This document shows positions 1 to 11,900 of a stretch of DNA of 64,000 nt, one piece after another. This stretch comes from Sphaerodactylus townsendi (lineage: Eukaryota): NCBI RefSeq assembly GCF_021028975.2, contig NC_059437.1, forward strand, positions 46,314,001 through 46,378,000, given 5' to 3'. A model generated the notes under the pieces. That model was given only the letters and a program-made list of their open reading frames with translations. It had not been told where the DNA came from and searched no databases. A program made the translations under genes and the position numbers. Position 1 is the first letter of the stretch; every line of letters begins with the position of its first letter.

Positions 1-89
1 GGATTTTCCAAAGTGTCCAATAGTAACCGGCAGATAGAAGGCTGGTTCTCCTTGGCTGCCACATGCATGACGTTGTATCTGCAGCCTTC
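1..89 (-). CDS. ANKLE2: ANKLE2 exon 5, partial (ankyrin repeat start)
   Basis: Acceptor ccttttag|GAA at 90/89; [30 protein letters not shown] runs off the window; phase 0 matches exon 4. Confidence 0.93.
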
Positions 90-388
90 CTAAAAGGGGG
101 GGAGGAGCAGGGAAGACACACATTTATCATACATGAAGTCTTACAATTTGCTTCCTTTTTTACAGGATTTTAAAAAACTTGATGGGAGAATGTCATAATT
201 GAACAATGGAACTGGTTTTAAAATCTGCATAGTCACAGAATGAAACGCTGTGCTAAGCTATGTAGCTTAATTGTCACTAAACTGATCAATTAGAAAGCAA
301 TTCATTAAAGTTAGCAGCTATATGCTAGCAAACTGATGGTGTGTGGATTGATTGGAGTAAAAACAGCAAATCGAATTAGATGAAACAC

Positions 389-407
389 ATTATTATTATT
401 ATCATCA

Positions 408-442
<35 letters not shown>

Positions 443-685
443 GTAGATTTCACAGCTGCCAGATCTTTAGCTGGTTGTTGGCCTTCATTGCAATTCGAGC
501 CTCACCCAGAGGCCTAGGAAGTTGTAATGTATCGGCATAGTACTCATGCAGATCCCAGCAGGACTGCCTTCTGAATTTGACAGATGTTAATTTTGTCAAT
601 TCGAAGATGTTTCAAGTGCTGCCCTAGTGTTTTTGCGATGGCACCCAGCGTGCCAATTACCACTGGGACGACCTCAGCGGTTTGT
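389..685 (-). mobile_element. Dong/R4-clade non-LTR retrotransposon 3' end, ending in a (TAA)n microsatellite
   Basis: Minus strand reads AEVVPVVIGTLGAIAKTLGQHLKHLRIDKINICQIQKAVLLGSA*VLCRYITTS*, the C-terminus typical of R4/Dong restriction-like-endonuclease elements; short 3'UTR then (TAA)n at 389-443. Confidence 0.75.
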
Positions 686-1315
686 AGGCTGCCTCATGCC
701 CGAAGGGCTCGAGGCGGCTCACAGTACAACTGTTCTCAATAACAGCACATAAAATATTAGCACATATAATTGTAATCATCAGGCCAGCATCATCCAAGGC
801 TGCAAAAATTGAAGCAACAAGGCTATGGGGGATTCACCAAGTCATATAGGAAACGCTTTTAGTTCAAGAAAAACTGGATTTTATTCTGCTGCTCCTGGAG
901 GAGGGCAAGGGGAGGCGCCAACACCAATCAGCTCTTTTCTGGCCTTATGCCAACAGGCTGTAGTCCACACTTAAGCCACCCTCCTGACTGGCAGACATCT
1001 GGTGCTGCCTATTCAGGCTTCTCAGCGGCGGAGAGGCTTTTTGACTTTCCCATGCCACCAGGAAGCCTTTTTGGGGGCAGCGTTGGGGTGCAGCTGCAGA
1101 TGGGTGCCTAGCTCATGGATGGGGGTGTAAACCTGGGGTTTTCAGCATGTTTGAGATCTCCAAAAGCTGCCCAAACATCTTCTGGAGCTAACATTTTGAC
1201 CATTTCTTGTTCAGCTGTAAATCTAAAAGCATTCCTCATGCAGAGTAGAAAAAAGTGCAAAATGATTATACTTGTATTTGCACTCTGGCAAAAGCAAGAA
1301 AGACAACAGCTCTAC

Positions 1316-1509
1316 CTGGACAATTGTTGGGTTGTCACCAGAACCAATGAGATAGCGAGGATTACTCCAGATGAGCTCCAAGAATGTAGTTTCATCTCCT
1401 TTTTCAACAGCCTTCCGAAGTTTGGCAGTAAGATCCTGCGTACGAGGACTTTTAAAACTGTTGGCTCTCTCTTTACTAACTGCTTCCATCTCAGGAGAGC
1501 ATAACCCAT
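1316..1509 (-). CDS. ANKLE2: ANKLE2 exon 4
   Basis: Acceptor tgacag|AT, donor CAG|gtagag; 194 nt, phase 1-0; [21 protein letters not shown]...[18 protein letters not shown]. Confidence 0.95.
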
Positions 1510-1660
1510 CTGTCAAAATAAATCATAATATTTTATGGCTGAGGGATTCTTGTTAAAAGAGGAGGCTGCCAAGTCTTCTCAGCCACAATTGTTTCATGGG
1601 GCTGAATCCTACCTGTACTGTACCACTCCACTGACAGAAATTTAAAGCCATCCTCTAGCA

Positions 1661-2016
1661 CAGAGGTCTGCAACCTGTGGCTTTCCAGATGTTCACAGAC
1701 TACAATTCCCATCAGGGGCTGATGGGATTTGTAGTCCATGAACATGCTTGGAAAGATTTATGGAGAAGTCGATTTATGGCTACCAAGCTTGATCCTCCTT
1801 GATCAGAGATTGCAAATACCTTAGCAGACCCGGTGCTCGGGAGCAGCAGCAGCAGAAGGCCATTGCTTTCACATCCTACATGTGAGCTCCCAAAGGCACC
1901 TGGTGGGCCACTGCAAGTAGCAGAATGCTGGACTAGATGGACTTTGGTCTGATCCAGCTGGCTTGTTCTTATGTTCTTATGTTCTTATCTGGAGAGCCAC
2001 AGGTTGCAGATCCCTG
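1661..2016. mobile_element. hAT (Charlie/Buster-type) hairpin MITE with a nested CR1 fragment
   Basis: TIRs cagaggtctgcaacct...aggttgcagatccctg; 8-bp TSD ctctagca (1653-1660, 2017-2024). Confidence 0.85.
1745..1988 (+). mobile_element. CR1 LINE 3' end fragment
   Basis: Ends ctggactagatggact..ggtctgatccag with an octamer (GTTCTTAT)n tail. Confidence 0.8.
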
Positions 2017-2381
2017 CTCTAGCACAAAGATATTTTTTAAACTAAAGCTGGTCTTTCATTACAGGAAGTAACACTTAAGGTGGAGGAAGTTTCTATTGGC
2101 TGGAGAAAGGCTCCTGAGGGAAGGCTGGATCCATAAGAACATAAGAAAGAGCCTTATGTATCCACCCCACTATACATAAAACTAAAGGGGCAGGCCATTT
2201 TCCACATAATGAAAACAGCAAAACTGGCCACCCCAGAAAAGACAGGGGCCTTCGGTTACCCGCAGAAGTCCACACATGCTGGAAAATATGATGGGTAGCC
2301 CAATCTAGATGGGGGTGCTCCATGACAGCTGGGAACAGCGCAGCAAAAGTAATACTGTGCCACCTCCAAAAGGATTTAGGT

Positions 2382-2517
2382 CAGTGGTGGGATTCAAATA
2401 ACTGAACAACTGGTTCCGGTGGTGGGATTCAAATAATTGAACAACTGGTTGTTTACAAGTACCATTTTAACAAACGGTTCTGCCGAAGTTGGGGGAACCT
2501 GCTGAATCCCACCACTG
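2382..2517. mobile_element. Non-autonomous hAT element with duplicated 5' terminus
   Basis: TIR cagtggtgggattc...gaatcccaccactg; TSD atttaggt/atttagat. Confidence 0.8.
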
Positions 2518-2825
2518 ATTTAGATGCTGTAAAAAGGAGGACAATGTAAAAACCCTCCCGCCCCCCAAATTGCCCCAAAGCCTAAACAGGCTAAAGCCAC
2601 ACAAAAGTCTGCAGCTGTGGAAGGTGGCGTTCCAGAGCTGGATGTTTAAGATCTTTCAATTTACTTTGGGATTAATTTATTGGATTCACATGTTCTACAC
2701 CAAAAGACATTTCAAAATTGTTTTCAAAGACAAAGGGTACTGCTGGCAATAACTGCAACAGCCTCGATCCTGAAAATCATTTTAACAAGACTTCAAAACT
2801 GGGCCATGTTTAACCTTCCACTTAC

Positions 2826-3020
2826 CTCTGTTAAAAACCGAGCAAACTTTCACAGGGGACAAGGATAAAGAAGCCTTGGTTGGAGATGGGAAATAATCAC
2901 ATATCCCTTTGGCAAATTTCTCTGCATCTTCCCTGTTTGAGAAAGCTTTAAACCGTGAGCCTTTTATCATTTTAACAACTTGCAAGGCTTCCTTTTTATC
3001 CTCATACACATGCACTCTCT
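2826..3020 (-). CDS. ANKLE2: ANKLE2 exon 3 (caulimovirus viroplasmin/RNase H1-N-like region)
   Basis: Acceptor ttccag|AG, donor AG|gtaagt; 195 nt, phase 1-1; [38 protein letters not shown]. Confidence 0.95.
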
Positions 3021-4493
3021 CTGGAATAGAAAACAATAAAATCAAATTAATGTCTCCCCATGACGACAGTTGTCAAGGTCACACGGCTTCAATAGATCTG
3101 GCCTTGTAAGCTTTGCTTCCAGACTCGGCCAGACTACCTAACACAGTAGCAATCTGCAACTAAAGATACTCAAACCAGCTTTCAAACTGGTTTATCTCAG
3201 GAAGAGGCAGAAATTAAGAAGCAGTAACAAGGCCTGGTTTGGATTTATCATACTGTCACATCTCTGCCATTTTTCAGGGTCTTCTGCTATAAATAAGCCA
3301 AGGAATGCAAGAGTTGCATATCACTGTTCCTTTGACACAGAAAACTTTGCTTGATAGGAATTACCCTCCTCCAAGCAATGATGCAATCCCCTGCTCTTTC
3401 CCTATCAGCCAGAAAACAATCACACTGCAACAAAGGGCAAGTCTATGAAGCCTTCCAAATTATTTCACTTTTACATGACTCAGGATAATCTTGATAGTGT
3501 ATCAGTGGTTAAAGCACAGCGGTAGATCACGTTATATCTAATTATGGCTGCTTTCTTCAGCCTAATGGATCAGAGGCACATTGGGGAAAACAGAGAATCA
3601 GGATTTATTCCCCACCTTTCTTCCCAATGGGGATCAAAGCAGACTACACGGTTCTCTCCTCCCCTGTACACTCACAACAACCCTGTGAGGTAGCGAGGCT
3701 AAAAGTGTGTGGCTAGCCTACGGTCATCTAGCAAGAGCAGTGCAGAGTTGTGCAACTGGATTTCCTCAGATTCTCCCCTGACCCTCCGACTGCAACATTA
3801 CACCTGCTCTTTCAAATCTTAAGCGTTTTATATTTTTAAAAGAAGCCATACATTTTAATTTTGAGAAAATTAATAAAATAATTAGTTACATCAACAGCAC
3901 AGACCATATTTATTAGAAATGCTAAACAGCTTAACAGCCCAATCCAAGGGGTGGGGGGGGGATGGACTCACCTTAGGAGTTGGCGCTGCCCTGCGCTGAC
4001 ACAAGTGCACACCCCACCAATGTGAGGGGCAAGTGTGCCAGCAGAGGGGGGAATATGCAGACGAACACCACGCAGGTCTGTGGCATCTGTCCCCAGAAGC
4101 CACCATCATACACAAGCCCAACAAATGCAGAAAGATGTAACAGCGTGGCTAGGGACATTCTGTGGCATGCCAGGGGATGGAGCCAACTGTAGTCGGCTTC
4201 CACTGCCCTCCCAGCCCCCACAAGCTGATGCAGTCAACCTCAGACACACGTCATGTTTTTTGTGGTGTACATCCATGATACCCTATGGGGGATTTCGGCA
4301 AGCCAGGTTTTGCTTTTTGCTTTTGGTCTTCCCGTGCCACAGAGGAGCCCTTTGGAGGAAGTGGGCCAGTGCCACATCCCACCGCCTGAGAAGTCTGGAT
4401 TGGGCTGCAAGTCATCTAACACATCTCAGATTTTCTTTTAGTGCATGCACTGCCTTTAAAGTTTAACATTGCCAGAAATGAAAAATAAATTAC

Positions 4494-4955
4494 CATTTCT
4501 TGCCAATATATCATCATAAACTGGACATACTCCATAGTATTGTTGAGGTTCCTTAGAAAGTGTCTGTGAACTTGCTGAAGAATCAACTCCTGTTGTTTCA
4601 TCAATGGATCTAGGACCAACTTTGTGCATTAGGGCTTCCTCTTCTGGTGGGTTCAAACCCATACTGTACCCAAAATCAGCATCTTCAGAGGAGCTTCCAT
4701 AACCATTTTGATTCACTGGAGGTTTGCTTGTTTCTAGCTGGCTGTTATCAGCTGCTGCAGTTCCAGGAACACCATTTGAAACAGATGGCTCTCCTTGCTC
4801 TTCCCACAGTGATTGGGCCAATCTTTTTTCAAAAATTGACCTAGTGGTTAGTGTAATGGGACCACATTTCTGTCCCGCCTTGACAATTTCTTCTCTAAGC
4901 TCATCAGGAGTTAGCTGCTTCAGTCGTGACAATATGTTATCCATTGTTATTACTC
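4494..4955 (-). CDS. ANKLE2: ANKLE2 exon 2 (LEM domain)
   Basis: Acceptor ttctag|GA, donor AATG|gtaat; 462 nt, phase 1-1; VITMDNILSRLKQ...YYGVCPVYDDILARN. Confidence 0.95.
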
Positions 4956-5292
4956 CTAGAACCAAAAACAAAATTCCCAGTGAATCATCTATACCAAGGT
5001 GAAAAAGGAAAAAAAAAAGGGGGGGGGTTGCCCTTTTTCCTTTAACATACGGAGAAACAGTGTTCTTGGTCCAGATACTCTCAAACAGCTAAGTTTTAGA
5101 AGTTTATCAAAAAGAAAGAAAAGAATAATTCAAACAGGTTTCTCTCTCAGCTCTAACAGTTCCAAGCACATAAAAGCAGTACAGTTGAAGGCATGAACTG
5201 GATCTTAGAATGAATCTGAAGTCTCTCTCTAAGTCTGAATGAATGAATCTTAAGTCTCATGTTAGAGTTTTATGGCATCTCTTCCTGTAGTC

Positions 5293-5478
5293 CAGTGGTT
5301 CTCAACCTGTGGGTCACGACCCCTTTGGGGGTCGAACGACCCTTTCACAGGGGTCGCCTAAGACTCTCTGCATCAGTGTTCTCCATCTGTAAAATGGATA
5401 AATGTTAGAGTTGAGGGTGACCACAACATGAGGAACTGTATTAAAGGGTCGTAGCATTAGGAAGGTTGAGAACCACTG
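5293..5478 (+). mobile_element. SPIN (Space Invader, hAT) non-autonomous MITE, URR1-like ends
   Basis: cagtggttctcaacctgtgggtcacgacccctttgggggtcgaacgaccctttcacaggggtcgcctaagac ... cacaacatgaggaactgtattaaagggtcg.agcattaggaaggttgagaaccactg; TSD ctgtagtc/ctctagtc. Confidence 0.85.
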
Positions 5479-8400
5479 CTCTAGTCCTCAAAGAGGAAGA
5501 TGACCCCCACTCCCCACATCATTCTTTGTGATTAATACCTATCTGTCAGGTTTTAGATGTTGCCATTGCAAAAGCCAATTTCCTTGTGTAAACACAAACA
5601 CAGTTTACAACCTTAATGAGGGCCAAAAGGTTGCGTTGTTTATGACCTAAGGCCAAGTGGTTGCCATAGACAGTAAATGATTTCTAAGTAAACGTAAGGA
5701 ATATATGCACTTTCTTCACACAAGGCCTACTGTATTTTAAGACTGAGGGTGAGTATTAAACATCTTCCTTAAATATAGGCAGTTTGGTCTTATCTCAGGG
5801 CAGACAGTTAAGAATGAAACAGCAACTAAGATTATACAATCTTTAAATCCCTCCAAAACAGAAACAACAGAAAACTTAAATGTCTCCAAGTAAAGACCTT
5901 CTGGCACACTACACTCATGCATGCTTCTCTGGGAAGTTCTGCTCCCATTTTAAGAACTCTATACATGTACTACAGGTATTGCTGCTCAAGCATTTTATTA
6001 AAGCCAGGTATAAAGACAGCATTGCTGAAAGCAACCCTGGAGAATATTTTTGCTACCTGCAAGCCATGAGGGAAAAATACCAGCTGCCAGAATATGGAGC
6101 TCTTACAGAAGACCTAACAATGCCTGTTTATCCAGTAGTTCAACACAGAGATGGCCATGCATGACAGGTAGGAAGCTTTCAGCAACCAGCTGCCATGTTC
6201 ACAGCTCCTGCACTTTTTCTGTAACAATCAGAGCATGAATTTGCACTACTTTAAAAGCAAGCAACTGGAACTTCATTCCTTACACTTGTACTTTCAGTTC
6301 CCATCTCTGATTTGCATCATCCACCTTTACACATTATTTTTGTTTTTAGCTCCTTGCTGCAGTTGACAGTTTTTATGCCACAAATACTAAATTATTGCTG
6401 AACTCTGAATGTGGTTAATTCTACTTTGTGTTTTTAATTATGACAGAAAACACCTACCTAGATGAACAGTACAGGGTATACTGACAAGCACTCTCCCTGG
6501 TGCCGGGGGAAGTGCTCCTGCACCAGCGTAAATGCCACATACTCTGGAATAAAATACTAGCAGGCCATTTCTAAGTAGTCTTACACCTTTCTAAGTTCAC
6601 TGAAATTATTGGGCTTAGAAGGGTGTTGATCTGCTTAAGGCTGTACTGTAGATCCCGCAAAATGCTCGACATAATTATTTCCCAAAACTGCACAGGACTT
6701 GGTGTATTTTTTTTAAAAAAACAACTGCTATAACTAGATCTATCATTTTGTACTCTGAAGATTGAGTTTTCCTTAACAGACAGCCCAAACTATATAACAG
6801 GGGTCCCAAACCTTTTTGAGAATGTGCACACCTTTAGAATTCTGACACAAAGAGCTAGGCACAGCCACAAAATGGCAGCTTCAGCTTCCCTTCATTGGAG
6901 ATCTCTGTGCTGTGGTGGCAACTGCTGCCAAAGCAGCGTTTTTAAAAACCTGTACGGCCTACCAAAAGTGCAGTAGTCAATCAGAAGTCCCCGCTCACTT
7001 TCTAAAAACCCTTGGCACATGCCAGGAAAGATGTCAGCTGTTTCCTAAGCAGTGGGGACCCCTGATATGTAACAAGAGGCGCATGAATGTCAATACTCTT
7101 GAAGACTGCGTTAATTAGGCCAGTTCATTAAGGAACTTGGCCTTGTGGATATAAAGGTAAGTCTGTTCCTTGGATAAGAAAACAACTGTGTCAGTTGCAG
7201 CTAAAACATGAATACTTAATATTTATAGGGATATGAAACAGTAAGTCAATTAAGTCCAACAACAGTACCACCAACTCTCTCCATTTAGCCCAGGATCTAA
7301 TGTTAGCAGCAAACACCCTGAGAGTCGTTTCAGATCTTAGTCATCAAGCATCTGGCAAGAAGCTTGAACATCTACTTCTCCTTCACTACTTAAAAATAGA
7401 ACGAATCCGATGCAATCAAGTAACCATAAAAGGACATAGGGGAAAAAACTGGAATGCTGCAACTAAACATCGTAACAGAATATAAAAATACGAGATATAT
7501 TCCACAATTCAACCCATTACCTCAGTTTTTGGTACACTATTTTACTGTCTATGTTCCCAGCAAAATGAACAATACCAAGCAGGTGTTTCAGTGTCGATAT
7601 ACTAATATAGTACTGGCTTAAGATAATTTTTAAGGAACTTTCAAAGTAATGCAAATGTTGCCTAGTGTTTTGTGAAAGAGACAACAAATGCAAGACTTCT
7701 CAGATTTAACAGAAGACTGTTAACAACAGACAACTTTCCACAAGCAGTAGTTTGTACACAGCTACTATTTTTCCCAAAGCCGGGTGGGAAGTTTTTGAAG
7801 AATTGTGAGACGCATTTTCTCATTTCACTCTGTGCAATCCTGCAGTCCAACACCACTCATACCTGAATCCGAATATACTCTGAAATGTCCCCCCAATTCT
7901 CTGCAATGGACGTGAATTCAGCAACAGAAATTCCTTGCCAAAAGTTATACTGCTGGTTGACAGATTGTGTTTAGAGCCAAAAATCTAAGAATACTTGTTT
8001 GGGAGCAAATGCCACTGAACTCAAGCTTGCTACCAAGTAGACAGGCACAGAACTGGTCTGTAAGAATGCCTGCCTAGATTTCATGAAGTTGTTGTAATAC
8101 TCCATAAGATCACGGCCAATACTGGATATATTCCAGCAACAGACATTACCTCTAATTTGAAAACAAGGTTCTAACTGCAGAGGGATGCTATTCTGAATTT
8201 CTTCCTAGATGTGACTGCAAACATTATGTTCATCTGAACAACAACTCTCCAAAACTATGATATCATTAGGGTTAAGGTTTTCTCTTATAGAAGTCTCCAG
8301 TCTCAAACCATCTCCAAGCGGAATTTTTTTAAAAAAACTTTGAGCAGCACCCAGCAACTTTAGGCACCATCACCACCAAGACTATTATTTAATTACTGAA

Positions 8401-10278
8401 ATTTTATGCACAGTCCTACAGATATAGCTGTTAAACCAGCGTGAGTGAGTCAGCCTAAAGTATACACCTGCTAGAGACTAAGGCCTATGAAGTTAATGTT
8501 TCTAAACAAAGGAATTTCCCGAGCAGGGGTTAAAATGGCTCTATCACATCACAGATTGCAGAATTTGGTCCCTCCAAACAACAGAGAGGTGGCAGGTGAG
8601 AGTAGTGCATGGAATGAGACAGCAGTCTGAGAATGATACAGACAGAAAGAAAAAGAAACAGCAGAGAGTTGCCTAAAATAACTCTGAGGTGCACAATCTC
8701 TCTTAGGGGATCTGATGAGGGATAGCAGATGCATTCCTCCATTTGCTTCCATCTCTGCCCTACTTGTGTGTGTGTATACACACACACACAAACAAATAAA
8801 GGAAGTACAAAAATGGCATAAGTCCCCAGTGCTTCCTCATCTAAAGGAATACAGCACAGACAGCTCTGACTTTTCACGATATAAAAGTGTTTACTCTGAA
8901 GCACTTCTCATGTTGAATAGGACGTACTTCTAATGGTTCTGTAGCAAAAGCTCTCTTCATCTTAAATGTCACACACATCTGCCACAGCAAGCATAAACTC
9001 CCATGGGAAAAAGAGGGAATATCTCTTCTTTGACAATGCTTGTCAACTGCAGTTTCTATCCAAAATATATATTTTTAAAAACCTACTGCCCAGTTGCTCA
9101 GGGTACCTCTTTAATTGATAAAAAGATAAATTAACAGATAACAGATAAATTAATTTCATGTAAAGGGAGGAGGAAACATTCTTGTGGCACCATAAACAAC
9201 AGATTTATTGAGATAGTAGGCTTTGAGCCCCTACCGGGTTCTAGTCCATGAAAACATCTGTCACCATCGATCTGCCAATGCACTATAAATTTCTTTATTT
9301 AAGCATTTGTTTTCTGCAAACATCTGAAGTTTCCCCCCTACAAGCAAAGGAGACCCAGAAATGGAAAATCTAAGCATCAGTGCAAGTATGTCCTATGACA
9401 AAAGTATAGCTTTGGAAGTGTCACACGAGGCCTTTTTGGTGCTGCAACCCACCAGTAAGGCTACTTCTATGGGACCTGTTTGCAAATGCTAGACCTTCAG
9501 AAAGGGGTGGCCTGGTCAGCATGCATCAGTAAATCCACCCACTCCAAAATGGTCTTTTGAGCCACCTTAGAAACGAGCACAATTTAATGTAGCATACATA
9601 AGCTCCTGCCCACAAACGTCCATTTCCCCAAATCTCTAGACTCCAACCATCCCTCCCTTTTAACAGGAAAAAAAATTGAATTGCAGAATCCATCTGTGAT
9701 TCTTGCAGCAGGTCCCCTGCCCCTCCTGAAGATGAGGTGTAATTCCAGGAGATCCCCAGGGTCACCTGGCGGCTGACATCCCTATGCATAACATTCAGCA
9801 TCCTAGCCTGTGTTGGAATAAAAACGTGTAAAGGTGCTGCAGAACACCTGCTTATTTTCTGACTCAACAGCAACTCCTTGTCTGCAATTCGCAGGGAGGT
9901 GGTTCATGTCAGCCCGGGTCTATCAAGACTCCATTGTGCCAGCAACATCAGGTCTGAAAGGTGGTAGTTCTCGTTGCCTCACCTACCTCACAGGGTCGTT
10001 GTAAGACAAAAGAGACACGCGATTTGCCTCTTCAGCTTGATAACAATGGGGAAGCCACCTAGGGAGAAGCCTTAGAGCAGGGGGTCCGCCTCCGGCCCTC
10101 CAGATGTTCATGGACTAAGATTCCCATCAGACCCTGCCAGTATAGCGTCAGTCAGGATGGTGTAGCGCAGGGGGGTGCAACTCTGGGCCCCCGGGTGTCC
10201 ACGGACTATGGTTCCCATCAGCCCCTGCTGCCAGCATGGCCAACTGGCGTCTCTACAGACCGCCCCTCCCTCTCTCAC

Positions 10279-10540
10279 CTTGACGGCTCCCACGGCATCT
10301 CGGGTTCTCCTCAGGCGCAGGAGTCGAGCTGGAAGAGGACGACGACGCCCCTGCTCCAGCTTCGGGGCTTCCGCGGCCGCCGGCTCTCCTGTCCCACAGG
10401 CGCAGCAACAAGCCCAGGGCGCCGATCACCGCGCAGGCAGTCAGCAGCTCCCAGGCTGGCCAGCCCGCCCAGGCGTCCCGCCACGTCCCGCCCCAGCCCG
10501 ACCACCCCGCCGTCGCCGACGACAACCACCACCGCTCCAT
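10279..10540 (-). CDS. ANKLE2: ANKLE2 exon 1 (ATG; N-terminal transmembrane anchor)
   Basis: ATG at 10540 in a CpG island; MERWW...ELLTACAVIGALGLLLRLW hydrophobic segment; donor AAG|GTGAGA at 10279/10278; 262 nt, phase 1 matches exon 2. Confidence 0.85.
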
Positions 10541-11900
10541 CACTCGACCCCGACGAGCCGGACCCGACGCACGCTCGGACACGGGACAAGTACCTCAGAA
10601 GCGGCCTCCCGGCTTCCGTCGCTCCTTCCCCCGCCCTCTCGCGCACGCGCGCCTGCCCCCCTTCCCCGGGCAGGAGGACCCCCGACACCACCCGGGTCGC
10701 TTCAGCTTCTCTCCAGCCTCAGCAGCGGCTATCACCCCCCCCCTTCCCTGGCTGTCTACTGTACTGCCTGTCTGAAATTTTAAAAAATTAATTATCTTCC
10801 CTATCCCCCAGTTTGTTTTTTATACTGCTTCCAGGCCGCTTTGCTAGCACAGCAGCCGCCTGACAGAACATTCGCACGTGCCACAAACTAGAATTGCATC
10901 CCCGCTAGATCCGAGGCTGTCTATTCTTATGCCTGACGGAATACGCCACGCGAAACAAATCGCTCCCCACTCCCTCGCGAGGAAGAAAGGCCGCCTGCCC
11001 CTCCCGTGGACTCTCCGAAATTTCTGACAGGAATCTACCAAACAAAAAGAACAGCCGAGCGCTCGGTAGCTAAGCGACCCGCTGGCCAATAGCAGGGAGG
11101 AACATCGCTGATTTCCGGAACGCCGGGTCAGGAGCTCGGACAGCTTCCGCTTGCGTAGGTCAAGAGCAGCGGCTCAGGCTGCCTGATGGGAAAAATCACA
11201 CTGCGAAGGTTCTCGGGTTGCTGTGGCAACGCCCCAGAGGAAATCTGATGGGACTGAAGGAGTTTGCATTTCTGGTTCCTGGCTGACTATACGGAGCAAG
11301 ATAATGCCAAAAACTAGGACGAAGCTGCCGAGAAAGGGAGGGGGGATAAGAACGGGCCACGAGGTTTGAATATACTTTTGCCCCCGCAGATAGTAGTATT
11401 CAAATAGCAACCGGAACGGATTCCTATGTGCGATCCTTTCCCCCTTCCCTTTGCATAAGCCGTGCTGGACCTCGATTTGCCACGTGACTATTAGTTTTGC
11501 AACGAGGCTGCCCTTGACTGGTTTGGCACATGCAATGCAATGGAAGTGGGGGAATGGATTATACGACTGCAGATGTGGCACTATAGAACACACACACCCC
11601 TTTAGCGATTGGGGAGCAGAGTTCCCTGCAACTAGAAAACCAGCATATCAAGGTTGAAACTTCTTGTGCAACTCTTTGCCTGTTTTTTTTGGGGGGGGGC
11701 TCTGTGACAGCGGAGTTGATTTTCTAAAAGAAAAGCAGGACGTGATCTCCCCCCCCCCACCACCTAGTGGCACAATCGATTACAGAAACGCACTCAGCAC
11801 CAAACACACAAAGCTGCTCTTTATAAACGTTGCAAGAGACTTACATCAGCCCTGGCTTACTCCAGTGGGAGACGTGGTAGAATTAAGTGCACCGTCTCAG
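10541..11900 (-). promoter_or_regulatory. ANKLE2 CpG-island promoter / 5'UTR
   Basis: CpG-dense 10.1-11.6 kb. GC boxes, ETS-like CCGGAA/TTCCGG (~10610, ~11112), CCAAT (~11086), palindrome CCTCGCGAGG (10973-10982), E-boxes CACGTG (~10875, 11481). Confidence 0.75.

Larger units (their letters stand above)
1..10540 (-). other. ANKLE2: ANKLE2 (ankyrin repeat and LEM domain-containing protein 2) gene, 5' part: coding exons 1-5, continuing beyond the left edge
   Basis: Five phase-compatible GT-AG exons splice into a protein with an N-terminal TM segment, LEM-like region (MDNILSRLKQLTPDELREEIVKAGQKCGPITLTTRSIFEKRLA), RNase H1-N/caulimovirus-like region and ankyrin start ([16 protein letters not shown]). 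Lies downstream of GOLGA3 as in other amniotes. Confidence 0.96.

Noticed and set aside
10175-10791. ~200-aa plus-strand ORFs opposite ANKLE2 exon 1
   Set aside because: Low-complexity Pro/Arg/Ser frames are expected in a GC-rich CpG island, and they start inside MITE remnants.
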